A DNA stretch of 60,396 bases from NCBI GenBank assembly GCA_943324505.2, contig CALPLW020000001.1, positions 1-60,396 on the forward strand, read 5' to 3'. Shown in pieces: positions 9,927 to 18,112 of the stretch. The stretch is from Comamonas sp. lk (GTDB lineage Bacteria > Pseudomonadota > Gammaproteobacteria > Burkholderiales > Burkholderiaceae_C). The translations under genes and the position numbers were made by a program. Below the pieces are notes generated by a model. It had not been told where the DNA came from and searched no databases. It saw only the letters and a list, made by a program, of their open reading frames with translations. Numbering within the stretch: the stretch's first letter is position 1; each line of letters opens with the position of its first letter.

Positions 9927-10887
9927 TCCGGTCTTGTTACGGGTCGAATCCCTCCGACTGGCGTTGTCTGATGACGTGCCGCTGGTTGAAGACCTTGACT
10001 TCGAAATCCACGCTGGTGAAACCTTGGCCATTGTGGGTGAGTCAGGTTGTGGCAAGTCCCTGACTGCACTGTCGCTGATAGGCCTTCTGCCGCCTGGGAT
10101 CAGGTGCGCCAGTGGCCGAGTGGTCTTCCAGGGGGAGGATCTTGGCAGCTGGCCTGAGGCGCGTTACCGGGACATGCGTGGACATCGGATGTCGATGATT
10201 TTTCAAGAACCGATGACCTCTCTTAACCCGGTGTTAACGATTGGCGAGCAACTGAAGGAAGTGCTGCAGCGCCACCTGAAACTCAAGGACCGGGAAGCGC
10301 TGGCAAAAGCGCATGACCTGCTGGCGATGGTGCAAATTGCCGATCCCGGCGCCCGACTGCGGTCCTATGCCCATCAGCTGTCGGGCGGGCAGCGACAGCG
10401 GGTGATGATTGCCATGGCGCTGGCGTGCCCGACGCAGTTGCTCATTGCCGATGAGCCCACGACCGCCTTGGACGTGACCGTTCAGGCCGACATTTTGGCG
10501 CTTCTCGGGGAACAAAAACGACAACGGCAACTGGCCATGCTGCTTGTAACGCATGATTTTGGTGTGGTCGCGCAGGTTGCTGATCGGGTGCTGGTGATGT
10601 ACGCCGGCCGAAAGATTGAAGAGGGCCCAGTTCGACAGGTCCTCGCCGACCCCCGTCACCCTTACACCCAACGCCTGTTACGGGCTAGACCTAGCGCACG
10701 GCAAGACCGTCTGCAGCGCCTCGCCGAGATACCCGGCTTAGTTCCTGCACCTCAGGAACGCGGCGTAGGTTGTCCATTTGCATCCCGTTGTGATCAGGTG
10801 CAACCGATCTGCCGACTGCGCCTGCCCGACTTTACCGACCACGGACGAGGGCATCAAAGTGCCTGCGCGGCTCACGATGCGCGTTGA
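9919..10887 (+). CDS. ABC transporter ATP-binding protein (DppD-like)
   Basis: GESGCGKS, FQEPMTSLNP, LSGGQRQR, ADEPTTALD and a C-terminal Cys motif. Confidence 0.9.
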   Translation: MTDPVLLRVESLRLALSDDVPLVEDLDFEIHAGETLAIVGESGCGKSLTALSLIGLLPPGIRCASGRVVFQGEDLGSWPEARYRDMRGHRMSMIFQEPMTSLNPVLTIGEQLKEVLQRHLKLKDREALAKAHDLLAMVQIADPGARLRSYAHQLSGGQRQRVMIAMALACPTQLLIADEPTTALDVTVQADILALLGEQKRQRQLAMLLVTHDFGVVAQVADRVLVMYAGRKIEEGPVRQVLADPRHPYTQRLLRARPSARQDRLQRLAEIPGLVPAPQERGVGCPFASRCDQVQPICRLRLPDFTDHGRGHQSACAAHDAR

Positions 10888-11650
10888 GCCATTGCTGCAG
10901 ATCGATAACGTTCGCTTCGCGTACTCGGGTCACGGAGCCGTCAAACCAACCGTTGACGGGGTCACGCTCTTTGTGGGACCGGGCGAAACGCTGGGGCTTG
11001 TTGGTGAGTCGGGCTGCGGAAAATCTACGCTCGCCAGAATCGCCGTCGGCTTGTTGCGGGCAGACCAAGGCAGCGTTCGCGTTTCGGGTGCGGATGTCGC
11101 TGCACCCGGCTCAGCGGCACGCCTGGCGCGAGCGAGGCGCGTGCAAATGGTGTTTCAGGACCCCCATGGCTCCCTGAATCCCCGGTTGCGGATTCGCAGC
11201 CTGTTGGCTGAGCCTTTGCGCCTGCACAAGCTGACCCCGCCAGACCGGGAACAATCGGCGGTCGAAGAGTTGTTGAGGCAAGTGGGCTTGTCGCCAGCAA
11301 CCAGCGAAAAATTCCCTCACGAGCTGTCGGGAGGTCAGCGGCAGCGCGTGGCCATCGCACGCGCTCTGGCGGTACGGCCTCAGCTGCTGGTGTGCGATGA
11401 GCCAGTGTCGGCTTTGGATGTATCCATCCAGGCGCAGATCTTGAACCTGCTGCGTGACTTGCAGCAAGATTTGGGGCTGTCCTATTTCTTTATCTCGCAC
11501 GACTTGCGAGTCGTTCGCTACATCGCTGACCGCATTGCGGTGATGCACCAGGGGCGTATCGTGGAAACCGGCGAGACCGACGCGGTCTGGCAAGCCCCCG
11601 AACATCCCTACACCCAAAAGTTGCTGGCGTCGCTGCCCCCCGAACTCTGA
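10877..11650 (+). CDS. ABC transporter ATP-binding protein (DppF-like)
   Basis: GESGCGKST, FQDP, LSGGQRQR, CDEPVSALD and HPYT motifs. Confidence 0.9.
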   Translation: MRVEPLLQIDNVRFAYSGHGAVKPTVDGVTLFVGPGETLGLVGESGCGKSTLARIAVGLLRADQGSVRVSGADVAAPGSAARLARARRVQMVFQDPHGSLNPRLRIRSLLAEPLRLHKLTPPDREQSAVEELLRQVGLSPATSEKFPHELSGGQRQRVAIARALAVRPQLLVCDEPVSALDVSIQAQILNLLRDLQQDLGLSYFFISHDLRVVRYIADRIAVMHQGRIVETGETDAVWQAPEHPYTQKLLASLPPEL

Positions 11651-11652
11651 GC

Positions 11653-13293
11653 TTATCGCTTAGCTCTGGCTGCGACCAGGGCTTGTAAAGCCGGCACATC
11701 CCGCGCCCATCCATCGCCTGGGGTCGCCAAGAAAGTGACATCGACCGAGCCGATCGCATCTAAAGCATCTGCACGCCAGTTCAGCCATGACCGATGGCTG
11801 CCTGCCCAGTCGCGACAGCATAAAGCTGCAAAGACCTCCAGCGTCAGGAGGTCTGCATCGAGCTGCGGTTCAACCGGTCTGATCGTGGCGCGTGTGCGTT
11901 CAAACCAGGGGTGGAACAGCTCGCGGTCACGGATCTGATGCCATAGTCGGATCAGGTAGGAACCGTCCCAATCAGGTGTCAAGGGCAGCGTGTACTGAGA
12001 TGGCCAGATGGAGCGTTCAGATTCAGTCCATAGTTTGAGCTCGCACACCGTGAGCGCTTCAGGAAGCGGCCGCTCACGGGCGCGCGCATCCGCCGCCCAT
12101 TCGAGCGCCACCGCCGCTCCCAGGCCTCGTCCCCACAGGCGATAGGACGGTACGTTGAGCGACTCGATCACGGTCTGCAGGGCCTGTGCGGTGGCCGTCG
12201 GGCTCATCAAGTCCCCAGTGTCGTCGCCGTGTCCAGGCAGATCAATGGCGCACAGTGGTCCAGCGATGAGTGTCCGACAACGTTCGAGCTCGCAACGCGC
12301 CGCACTGCCCGCGCCATGCAAGACCACGGTGATCAGTTTATTCGTGGCCCAGCGCTCGGCCGACAGGCAGCGGCCGGCCACATAAGCGCGCCAACGGCCA
12401 TCTGAGGTGGGTAAGCCATCCATCTTTGGGTTGGCGGGGGCCGCTGGCGCAGAGGCGGCCTCAAGTTGACTAGACATCCAGTCGGCTTGCGCCATGCGCA
12501 AGGCTTCTCTGTCCTGATGGGGCAGGCGACGAATCTCTTGCCTCGGGTCACCTGCTGGGATACGCTCCAGATGAGGAAACAGTTGGTCGTCGGCGGTGGT
12601 GCCCAGCCAGGCGGGTTGGGTGAGCGCGGCCAGTGCAGCGTTGCCGTCCCACGTGAACACCCCGGGATAAATATGCAGATGACTCTCACGGGAACGCAGC
12701 AACTCCATGATTTGGCTACGATGCAAGGTGTCGGCATTGGGCATATCCACATCACGACGGTTGCTGAGGTGCCGCTCCGACCAAGGGAAAAACATCCAGC
12801 CATCGCGGAATCGGGACCAGGCCCAGGTCAGGTGGCTCCCATCTGCCGCCGGCACGAAGCGGTACAGTTGATGCGGCAAAATTGTTTGACATTCTTGCGC
12901 GTTGAACAGGGGAATACCGTCGAGCGCCAGGGCGAGCACACGAGAGGGGTGGCGACGCGCCAGCTCTGCGGCCATGGCCGCGCCAGTGTGTTGACCGCAA
13001 ACGCCTACGGTTTCAAGTCCCAGTTGATTCATGAACGCCAGCATCAGATCGCTGAGCGCGGCCATGCTCCAGACCTTTTCGGGCAAGGCGTCCGACTGAC
13101 CAAAACCGGGGGTGTCGACCGCGATCGCCGTGCAGTGTCTTGCCAGCAGACGCATGAGCGGCTCCATCGTCTGCGAGGACTGTGGCGTTTGATGAAACAA
13201 CAAGACTGCCGGACCCTGCCCGAGACGCCGGTAGTGGAGCCAACGGTCTTGGACTCGACAAAAATGTCTTTCGACCGCCAAGGGCTCCATCAT
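11653..13293 (-). CDS. Tandem two-domain alpha/beta-hydrolase-fold protein
   Basis: Domain 1: LHYRR.G.GP.VLLFHQTP.SS, DTPGFG.SD, GQHTGA. Domain 2: VVLHGAG, IDLPGHG, GRGLGA. Both domains have a P..DGS.L...W...RD..F.PW repeat. Confidence 0.75.
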   Translation of the reverse strand: MMEPLAVERHFCRVQDRWLHYRRLGQGPAVLLFHQTPQSSQTMEPLMRLLARHCTAIAVDTPGFGQSDALPEKVWSMAALSDLMLAFMNQLGLETVGVCGQHTGAAMAAELARRHPSRVLALALDGIPLFNAQECQTILPHQLYRFVPAADGSHLTWAWSRFRDGWMFFPWSERHLSNRRDVDMPNADTLHRSQIMELLRSRESHLHIYPGVFTWDGNAALAALTQPAWLGTTADDQLFPHLERIPAGDPRQEIRRLPHQDREALRMAQADWMSSQLEAASAPAAPANPKMDGLPTSDGRWRAYVAGRCLSAERWATNKLITVVLHGAGSAARCELERCRTLIAGPLCAIDLPGHGDDTGDLMSPTATAQALQTVIESLNVPSYRLWGRGLGAAVALEWAADARARERPLPEALTVCELKLWTESERSIWPSQYTLPLTPDWDGSYLIRLWHQIRDRELFHPWFERTRATIRPVEPQLDADLLTLEVFAALCCRDWAGSHRSWLNWRADALDAIGSVDVTFLATPGDGWARDVPALQALVAARAKR

Positions 13294-13312
13294 GGTGGGT
13301 GGCTGCTGGTGT

Positions 13313-14380
13313 CTAGCGCAAGCCCAGCATGGTCTCGGCGGTATAAGGCAGCAGTGGTGCCCTGGCAAACATGCGTGGCACTAGGTCGGGATTGGCCAAA
13401 AATAGCTTGCCAAACGCGATCAGGTCAAACGCCTTCTTTGCCACCTGCTGAGCTGCGCTTTCCGGGCTGTAGCCACCATTGCCAATCAGAACCCCTGGCC
13501 AATGTTGGCGCAGGAAGGCGGACGACGTGGCGCCCAGCTCCGCATAGAACTTATCTTCTACCACGCCGGTGTGAACATAGGCAATGGCTTCACGCGCCAA
13601 GTTTTGCAACAAGTTGATATAGGTCTCGTTGTCACCTTCACGCCACTGCATCTCGCCAAAGTAGGCTGCCGGCGACAACCGCAAGCCGACCCGTCCCGGC
13701 CCCCATACCGCCACACAGGTCCTGACCACCTCCAGAGCAAATCGGGATCGTCCGTCAACACTGCCACCCCAAACGTCATCCCGTCGGTTGGTGTGTTGCC
13801 GTAAAAATTGCTCGATCAGGTAGCCGTTGGCACCGTGGATTTCAACACCATCGAAACCAGCATCCAGAGCGCGCTGTGCCGCGCGCCGAAACAGGGCGAC
13901 TATGCCCCAAACCTCATCGCTACTGAGTGCACGGGGCATCTCGTTGTACAGCGTGTTGGCTCCAGCTTGTCGACGAAGGATCGGATCCAGTACCGCCGAT
14001 GCCGACACCGGTTGGCAGCCGCTCCAATGCGAATGTGAAATTCGCCCGGTATGCCACAGTTGCGCAAAAATGCGCCCACCACGGTCGTGAACGGCCCGGG
14101 TTACCACGGACCAAGCCGCTACGTGCGAGTCCAGAAATAGGCCAGGCGTATCCAGATAGCCCTGCGCGTCGGGCGTGATCAAGGTTGCCTCTGTGATCAG
14201 CAACCCCGCCTCTGAGCGGGCGGCGTAGTAGTCGCCAGCACCCGCTGATGGCGACAGGTCAGCTGTCGCCCGGTTACGGGTGCAAGGGGCCTGCACCACG
14301 CGGTTGGGAAGCCTCAGGCCTCCTGGCAGGGTAAGAGGCTCCTGCAGCGCATAGATCCCCGGGCCACTGCGCTGGTTCAT
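13313..14380 (-). CDS. Old yellow enzyme / alkene reductase (NemA-like)
   Basis: NRVVQAP.TR.RA, QLWH.GR, GFDGVEIHGANGYLIEQF, N.R.D.WGGS and F.ANPDL motifs. Confidence 0.9.
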   Translation of the reverse strand: MNQRSGPGIYALQEPLTLPGGLRLPNRVVQAPCTRNRATADLSPSAGAGDYYAARSEAGLLITEATLITPDAQGYLDTPGLFLDSHVAAWSVVTRAVHDRGGRIFAQLWHTGRISHSHWSGCQPVSASAVLDPILRRQAGANTLYNEMPRALSSDEVWGIVALFRRAAQRALDAGFDGVEIHGANGYLIEQFLRQHTNRRDDVWGGSVDGRSRFALEVVRTCVAVWGPGRVGLRLSPAAYFGEMQWREGDNETYINLLQNLAREAIAYVHTGVVEDKFYAELGATSSAFLRQHWPGVLIGNGGYSPESAAQQVAKKAFDLIAFGKLFLANPDLVPRMFARAPLLPYTAETMLGLR

Positions 14381-15069
14381 GGCTGGTCCCTCAGCGGCCG
14401 GGGCGGCAGTGCGATACCAAAGTGACGCATTAGTATGTCAGCAATATTTTCAAAGCAGGATCCGTACCGAACCACCTCCAGCGTCTCGCAGTGAAGCAGG
14501 GTTGATGAGGCTTGCCAGAGGTGGTATTTCATCAGGCCGTAGTCGACCACCAGGTCGGCGATGTCGATGATCTCGGTCTCCATGTCTTCGACACGAAACT
14601 TGGTTCCGTGCATGGACAGGTTAGCCGAGGATCCAAACAACAGCGTTTGCCGCTCCACGCTTAAGCGTGTGATCTCACGATGAAACGCCCCGGCATTGAG
14701 CAGCATGAGCAGCGTGTTGTCTTTGGTGCTACGCTCATACGTGTCTGGGTCCAGACTGCGCAGCAGCGGGTGGTCACTGCGACAAGGGGCAATCAACCCA
14801 AGCGGGAGGTCATAGTCTTGGGTAATGGCCTCGACGATCGACGTGCCGCGTTCGCTCACCACATGAAGTTCGCGATGCAAGTCATCATTTCCCAGCATCG
14901 CATTAAGCTTTTGTGGTGCCCGTCGCTTCGTTTTGAATATTTTTTGAAGCGCCGGGGCTGTCGCTGCAATGAGTGAGTAACCCACGTCATTGGGCAGTAT
15001 GGCAATGCCACCGTCCTGCATGACCTGCATGGCGCGTTGGGCATCAGCTTGTGGATTGAGCACTGGCAT
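14377..15069 (-). CDS. Divergent YrdC/Sua5 (TsaC)-like protein, paralogue 1
   Basis: GG.AILP...GY, IF..K.R, GSSANLS, D.VVD.G, SST and VVR.G give the YrdC-fold pattern. The PTETVYGL motif is replaced by PNDVGYSL. Confidence 0.7.
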   Translation of the reverse strand: MPVLNPQADAQRAMQVMQDGGIAILPNDVGYSLIAATAPALQKIFKTKRRAPQKLNAMLGNDDLHRELHVVSERGTSIVEAITQDYDLPLGLIAPCRSDHPLLRSLDPDTYERSTKDNTLLMLLNAGAFHREITRLSVERQTLLFGSSANLSMHGTKFRVEDMETEIIDIADLVVDYGLMKYHLWQASSTLLHCETLEVVRYGSCFENIADILMRHFGIALPPRPLRDQP

Positions 15070-15116
15070 TGAAGTGAATTGGTAAATGACTGAGCTGTGA
15101 GGAAGGCAGCATGTGG

Positions 15117-15782
15117 TCAAGCGCCTGATTTATCAAAAATGACATTTTTTGCCGCCAGGATGTGGGCTCGCATGGTGGCCTGCGCCCACTGAGCATCCCG
15201 TGCACGGATCGCCAGGACCAGATCCTGATGCTGCAGGGCGCTACGTTCGAGGGCGATTTGGTCATACTTGCCAAACGTCTGTCGAACGATGGGCACGTGG
15301 ACGACAGCCACCAATAGCGAGGCCAGGCGCGGGTTTCTGCCTGCGCTCAAAATCAGTCGATGAAATCGGTTGTTCGACTCTGCCACCAACTGCCTTTCAG
15401 CGACAGACTGTGTGACCAGCAGATTGCTGAAAACGTCGGCCTCCGCTTGTAGTGCAGCCAGGTCTTGCTCGGTCCGGTTCATGGCCGCTAACTCACAGCC
15501 ATAGCCCTCCAGCATGGCGCGCAGGTCAAACACCTGCAACAAATTTTCCTCGGTCCAGTCGACCACCATCGCGCCACGATTTGGGTGAAGCTCGACAAAA
15601 CCCTCGGCCGCCAGCATATTGAACGCTTGACGCACCGAGGTGCGAGACACCTGAGCTCGCTCGGCGATCGATTGCTCCCTGAGCCAAGAGCCGCCCGGGT
15701 ATTGACCACTCTGGATCGCATCCCGTATGACCTGACAGGCCCTCTCCGCACTGCTGGCGGCTTGTGGGGCTGAAGGTTTCAT
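15117..15782 (-). CDS. GntR-family (FadR/FCD) transcriptional regulator
   Basis: IRDAIQSG.Y..G..L.E..IA....VSRT.VR.A...L..EGFV HTH. FCD domain with FH..I...GRN and H..LV.AI...D. Confidence 0.9.
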   Translation of the reverse strand: MKPSAPQAASSAERACQVIRDAIQSGQYPGGSWLREQSIAERAQVSRTSVRQAFNMLAAEGFVELHPNRGAMVVDWTEENLLQVFDLRAMLEGYGCELAAMNRTEQDLAALQAEADVFSNLLVTQSVAERQLVAESNNRFHRLILSAGRNPRLASLLVAVVHVPIVRQTFGKYDQIALERSALQHQDLVLAIRARDAQWAQATMRAHILAAKNVIFDKSGA

Positions 15783-15792
15783 GACTTCGACC

Positions 15793-16599
15793 TTAGCGCC
15801 AGTATTCCGGGCGTGAGAAGCCTTTGGCTTTCGGGTCGTTCTCGACGAATCGGCGGTACTCGTTTGATTTGTAACCGGTCACCAATTTTTTGATGAGCTC
15901 GCCTTTGGCAACGTCGTTGCGCGCTACCAAAATGATACGGTACTGAGGGGCAGGGTCCTCCAGTGCCAAGGCCGATGACAACAGCATACCGGCCGCTATC
16001 ACGTGGTTGCCTAAAATCGCTGCCAGGTCGACTTCCGGCATCGCACGTGGCATCTGGGGCGCGTCCAGCAGCACCAACTGGAGATTCTTGGGATTGGCGC
16101 TGACATTTTTCTCTGTGGCGCGACCCGCTGGTACCGCGGGGTCAAGGGTCAGTAGACCCTGACTCTGCATGAAGGCGAGTGAGCGACCCAAAGATGTCGG
16201 GTCATTGGGGACCGCTACTTTGGCGCCACTTGGCAGCGCTTTGAGGTCTTTGTGTTTGGCAGAGTACAGGCCCAATGGCGCGCTGGGCACTTGCAGGACT
16301 TCCTCCAGAGTACCTTTGTGCTGCGCATTGAAGGAGTCCATGTAGGCACGGTTCTGAAAGACATTGGCGTCAAGTGAGCCATCCATCAGCGCAGAATTGA
16401 GTTGAATGATATTTGAGAACTCAGTGGCTTGCACTTTAATGCCCTGGCTTTCAAGGTAGGGCTGTACCCCTCGCTTAAATTGATCTGCGTAGGGCCCTGG
16501 AAAATAGCCGATGCGAAGCACGGTTTGGGCCGAAGCCGTACCCGCCACGCCAATGGCAAGGGTTGCCAAAAGGGATAGCAAAAGACTGCGTTTTTTCAT
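15793..16599 (-). CDS. MetQ/NlpA-family ABC substrate-binding protein
   Basis: Signal peptide, N.AL.DG.LDAN.FQ, GLYS and VAVPNDPT..GR.L motifs. Confidence 0.85.
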   Translation of the reverse strand: MKKRSLLLSLLATLAIGVAGTASAQTVLRIGYFPGPYADQFKRGVQPYLESQGIKVQATEFSNIIQLNSALMDGSLDANVFQNRAYMDSFNAQHKGTLEEVLQVPSAPLGLYSAKHKDLKALPSGAKVAVPNDPTSLGRSLAFMQSQGLLTLDPAVPAGRATEKNVSANPKNLQLVLLDAPQMPRAMPEVDLAAILGNHVIAAGMLLSSALALEDPAPQYRIILVARNDVAKGELIKKLVTGYKSNEYRRFVENDPKAKGFSRPEYWR

Positions 16600-16630
16600 G
16601 ATCAACTCCTGTAAATTAGGGGAACTTAAC

Positions 16631-17302
16631 CTAGCGCTTATCGGACCTGCTCACCAGCCAGTCGCCCAGGTATTGAGCCAACTGAACCAGAATAAACATG
16701 ATGATGACGCACCAAATCATCACTGAGGTCTCGAACCTGTAGTAGCCGTAGCGTATGGCCAGATCGCCTAGTCCGCCGGCACCAACGGCACCTGCGACGG
16801 CTGAGTAGGCGATGAATCCAGTGGCAGTTACCGTCAGGCTGGCCAACAGGCCGGGCAGGGCTTCTGGCAACAGCACCTTGAAAACGATCTGCATGGCCGA
16901 TGCGCCACAGGCTTGGGCCATGTCGACCATGCCCCGAGGGACGTCGCGTAGATTCTGTTCGACCATCCGGGCGAAAAAAGGAATCACGGCAAATGACAGT
17001 GCCACGGCGGCAGCGCGAGGGCCAATGCTGGTGCCGACAATGAAACGGGAGAAAGGGATCAGTAACACCAACAGGATGATGAACGGGAATGAACGTAAGA
17101 CATTGACCAGGTAGCTGGCCACCCGGTGCAGCATCGGGCGCGGGTGCAGCCCCCCAGTCGTTGTTGTGAACAGCAAGACCCCCAGCGGGGTACCCAATAT
17201 GACCGCGCTGAGCATGGTCACCCCCACCATCAGGAAAGTATCGGTGGTGGCCTTCCACAAATCGGGTCCGAATTGGACCAGGGCGTTCATCAGGTCAGTC
17301 AT
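16631..17302 (-). CDS. metI: MetI-like methionine-type ABC permease
   Basis: NVLRSFPFIIL, VGTSIG, PF.AR.VE, LLPEALP and GAGGLGDLAIRYGY motifs. Confidence 0.85.
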   Translation of the reverse strand: MTDLMNALVQFGPDLWKATTDTFLMVGVTMLSAVILGTPLGVLLFTTTTGGLHPRPMLHRVASYLVNVLRSFPFIILLVLLIPFSRFIVGTSIGPRAAAVALSFAVIPFFARMVEQNLRDVPRGMVDMAQACGASAMQIVFKVLLPEALPGLLASLTVTATGFIAYSAVAGAVGAGGLGDLAIRYGYYRFETSVMIWCVIIMFILVQLAQYLGDWLVSRSDKR

Positions 17303-18069
17303 GCATCTTCCTGCGGCAAGACGGTCTGATCAGTCCAACCCTTGGCGGTTTCGAAAAAGAATTTGCCCAGCAGACTTTGGGGCGCGGGTTCACCCATATC
17401 GATTCGGTCCACAACCTTGCCCTTTTCCAGGATCACGGCGTGCTCGCACAGATAGCTTGCCACTTTGATGTCGTGGGTCACCATGACCATGGTCATGCCA
17501 CGATCCTTGTTCAGTTGCTTGAGCAGTCGTAGGATCGACAGGGCCGTGTGGGGGTCCAAGGCCGAGGTGGCCTCATCACAAAGCAGAATTTTCGGCTCTG
17601 TGGCCAATGCCCGTGCAATCGCCACGCGCTGCTTTTGCCCGCCCGACAATTGGGCTGGGTAGGCGCGCTCCTTGTCGCTCAGGCCAACCGAGGCCAGGGC
17701 TTCGCGGGCGCGGGCCTGTCGTTGAGCGGTGGGCAGGCCCGCAATCTCCAGAGAAAAGGAGACGTTTTCCAGCGCTGTTCGGCTGCTGAGCAAGTTGAAC
17801 TGCTGAAAAATCATGCCAACCTGCTGACGCGCCTGGCGAAGCGCTGCTTGTGAGAGGCCGGTGAGGTCCTGGCCGGCAATGCGAACGGTACCCGACGTCG
17901 GCTCTTCAAGTCGATTGATGAGCCGCAGCAAGGTGCTTTTGCCGGCACCGGAGAACCCGAGCAAGCCATAGACTTTGCCCTGGGGGATCTGTAGGTCTGT
18001 TGCTTGTAACGCGTGGACCGTTTCAGTTCGACCCGCAAAAGACTTTGAAACCTGTAGCAGCTCAATCAT
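17299..18069 (-). CDS. metN: MetN-like ABC ATP-binding protein (short, no NIL domain)
   Basis: GFSGAGKSTL..INRLE.PT.G, FQQFNLL, YPAQLSGGQKQRV and CDEATSALDP motifs. Confidence 0.85.
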   Translation of the reverse strand: MIELLQVSKSFAGRTETVHALQATDLQIPQGKVYGLLGFSGAGKSTLLRLINRLEEPTSGTVRIAGQDLTGLSQAALRQARQQVGMIFQQFNLLSSRTALENVSFSLEIAGLPTAQRQARAREALASVGLSDKERAYPAQLSGGQKQRVAIARALATEPKILLCDEATSALDPHTALSILRLLKQLNKDRGMTMVMVTHDIKVASYLCEHAVILEKGKVVDRIDMGEPAPQSLLGKFFFETAKGWTDQTVLPQEDA

Positions 18070-18112
18070 GGGAGGTGGTCATAGCGGAAGGTCTGATGAG
18101 CAAAAGAGCAGA

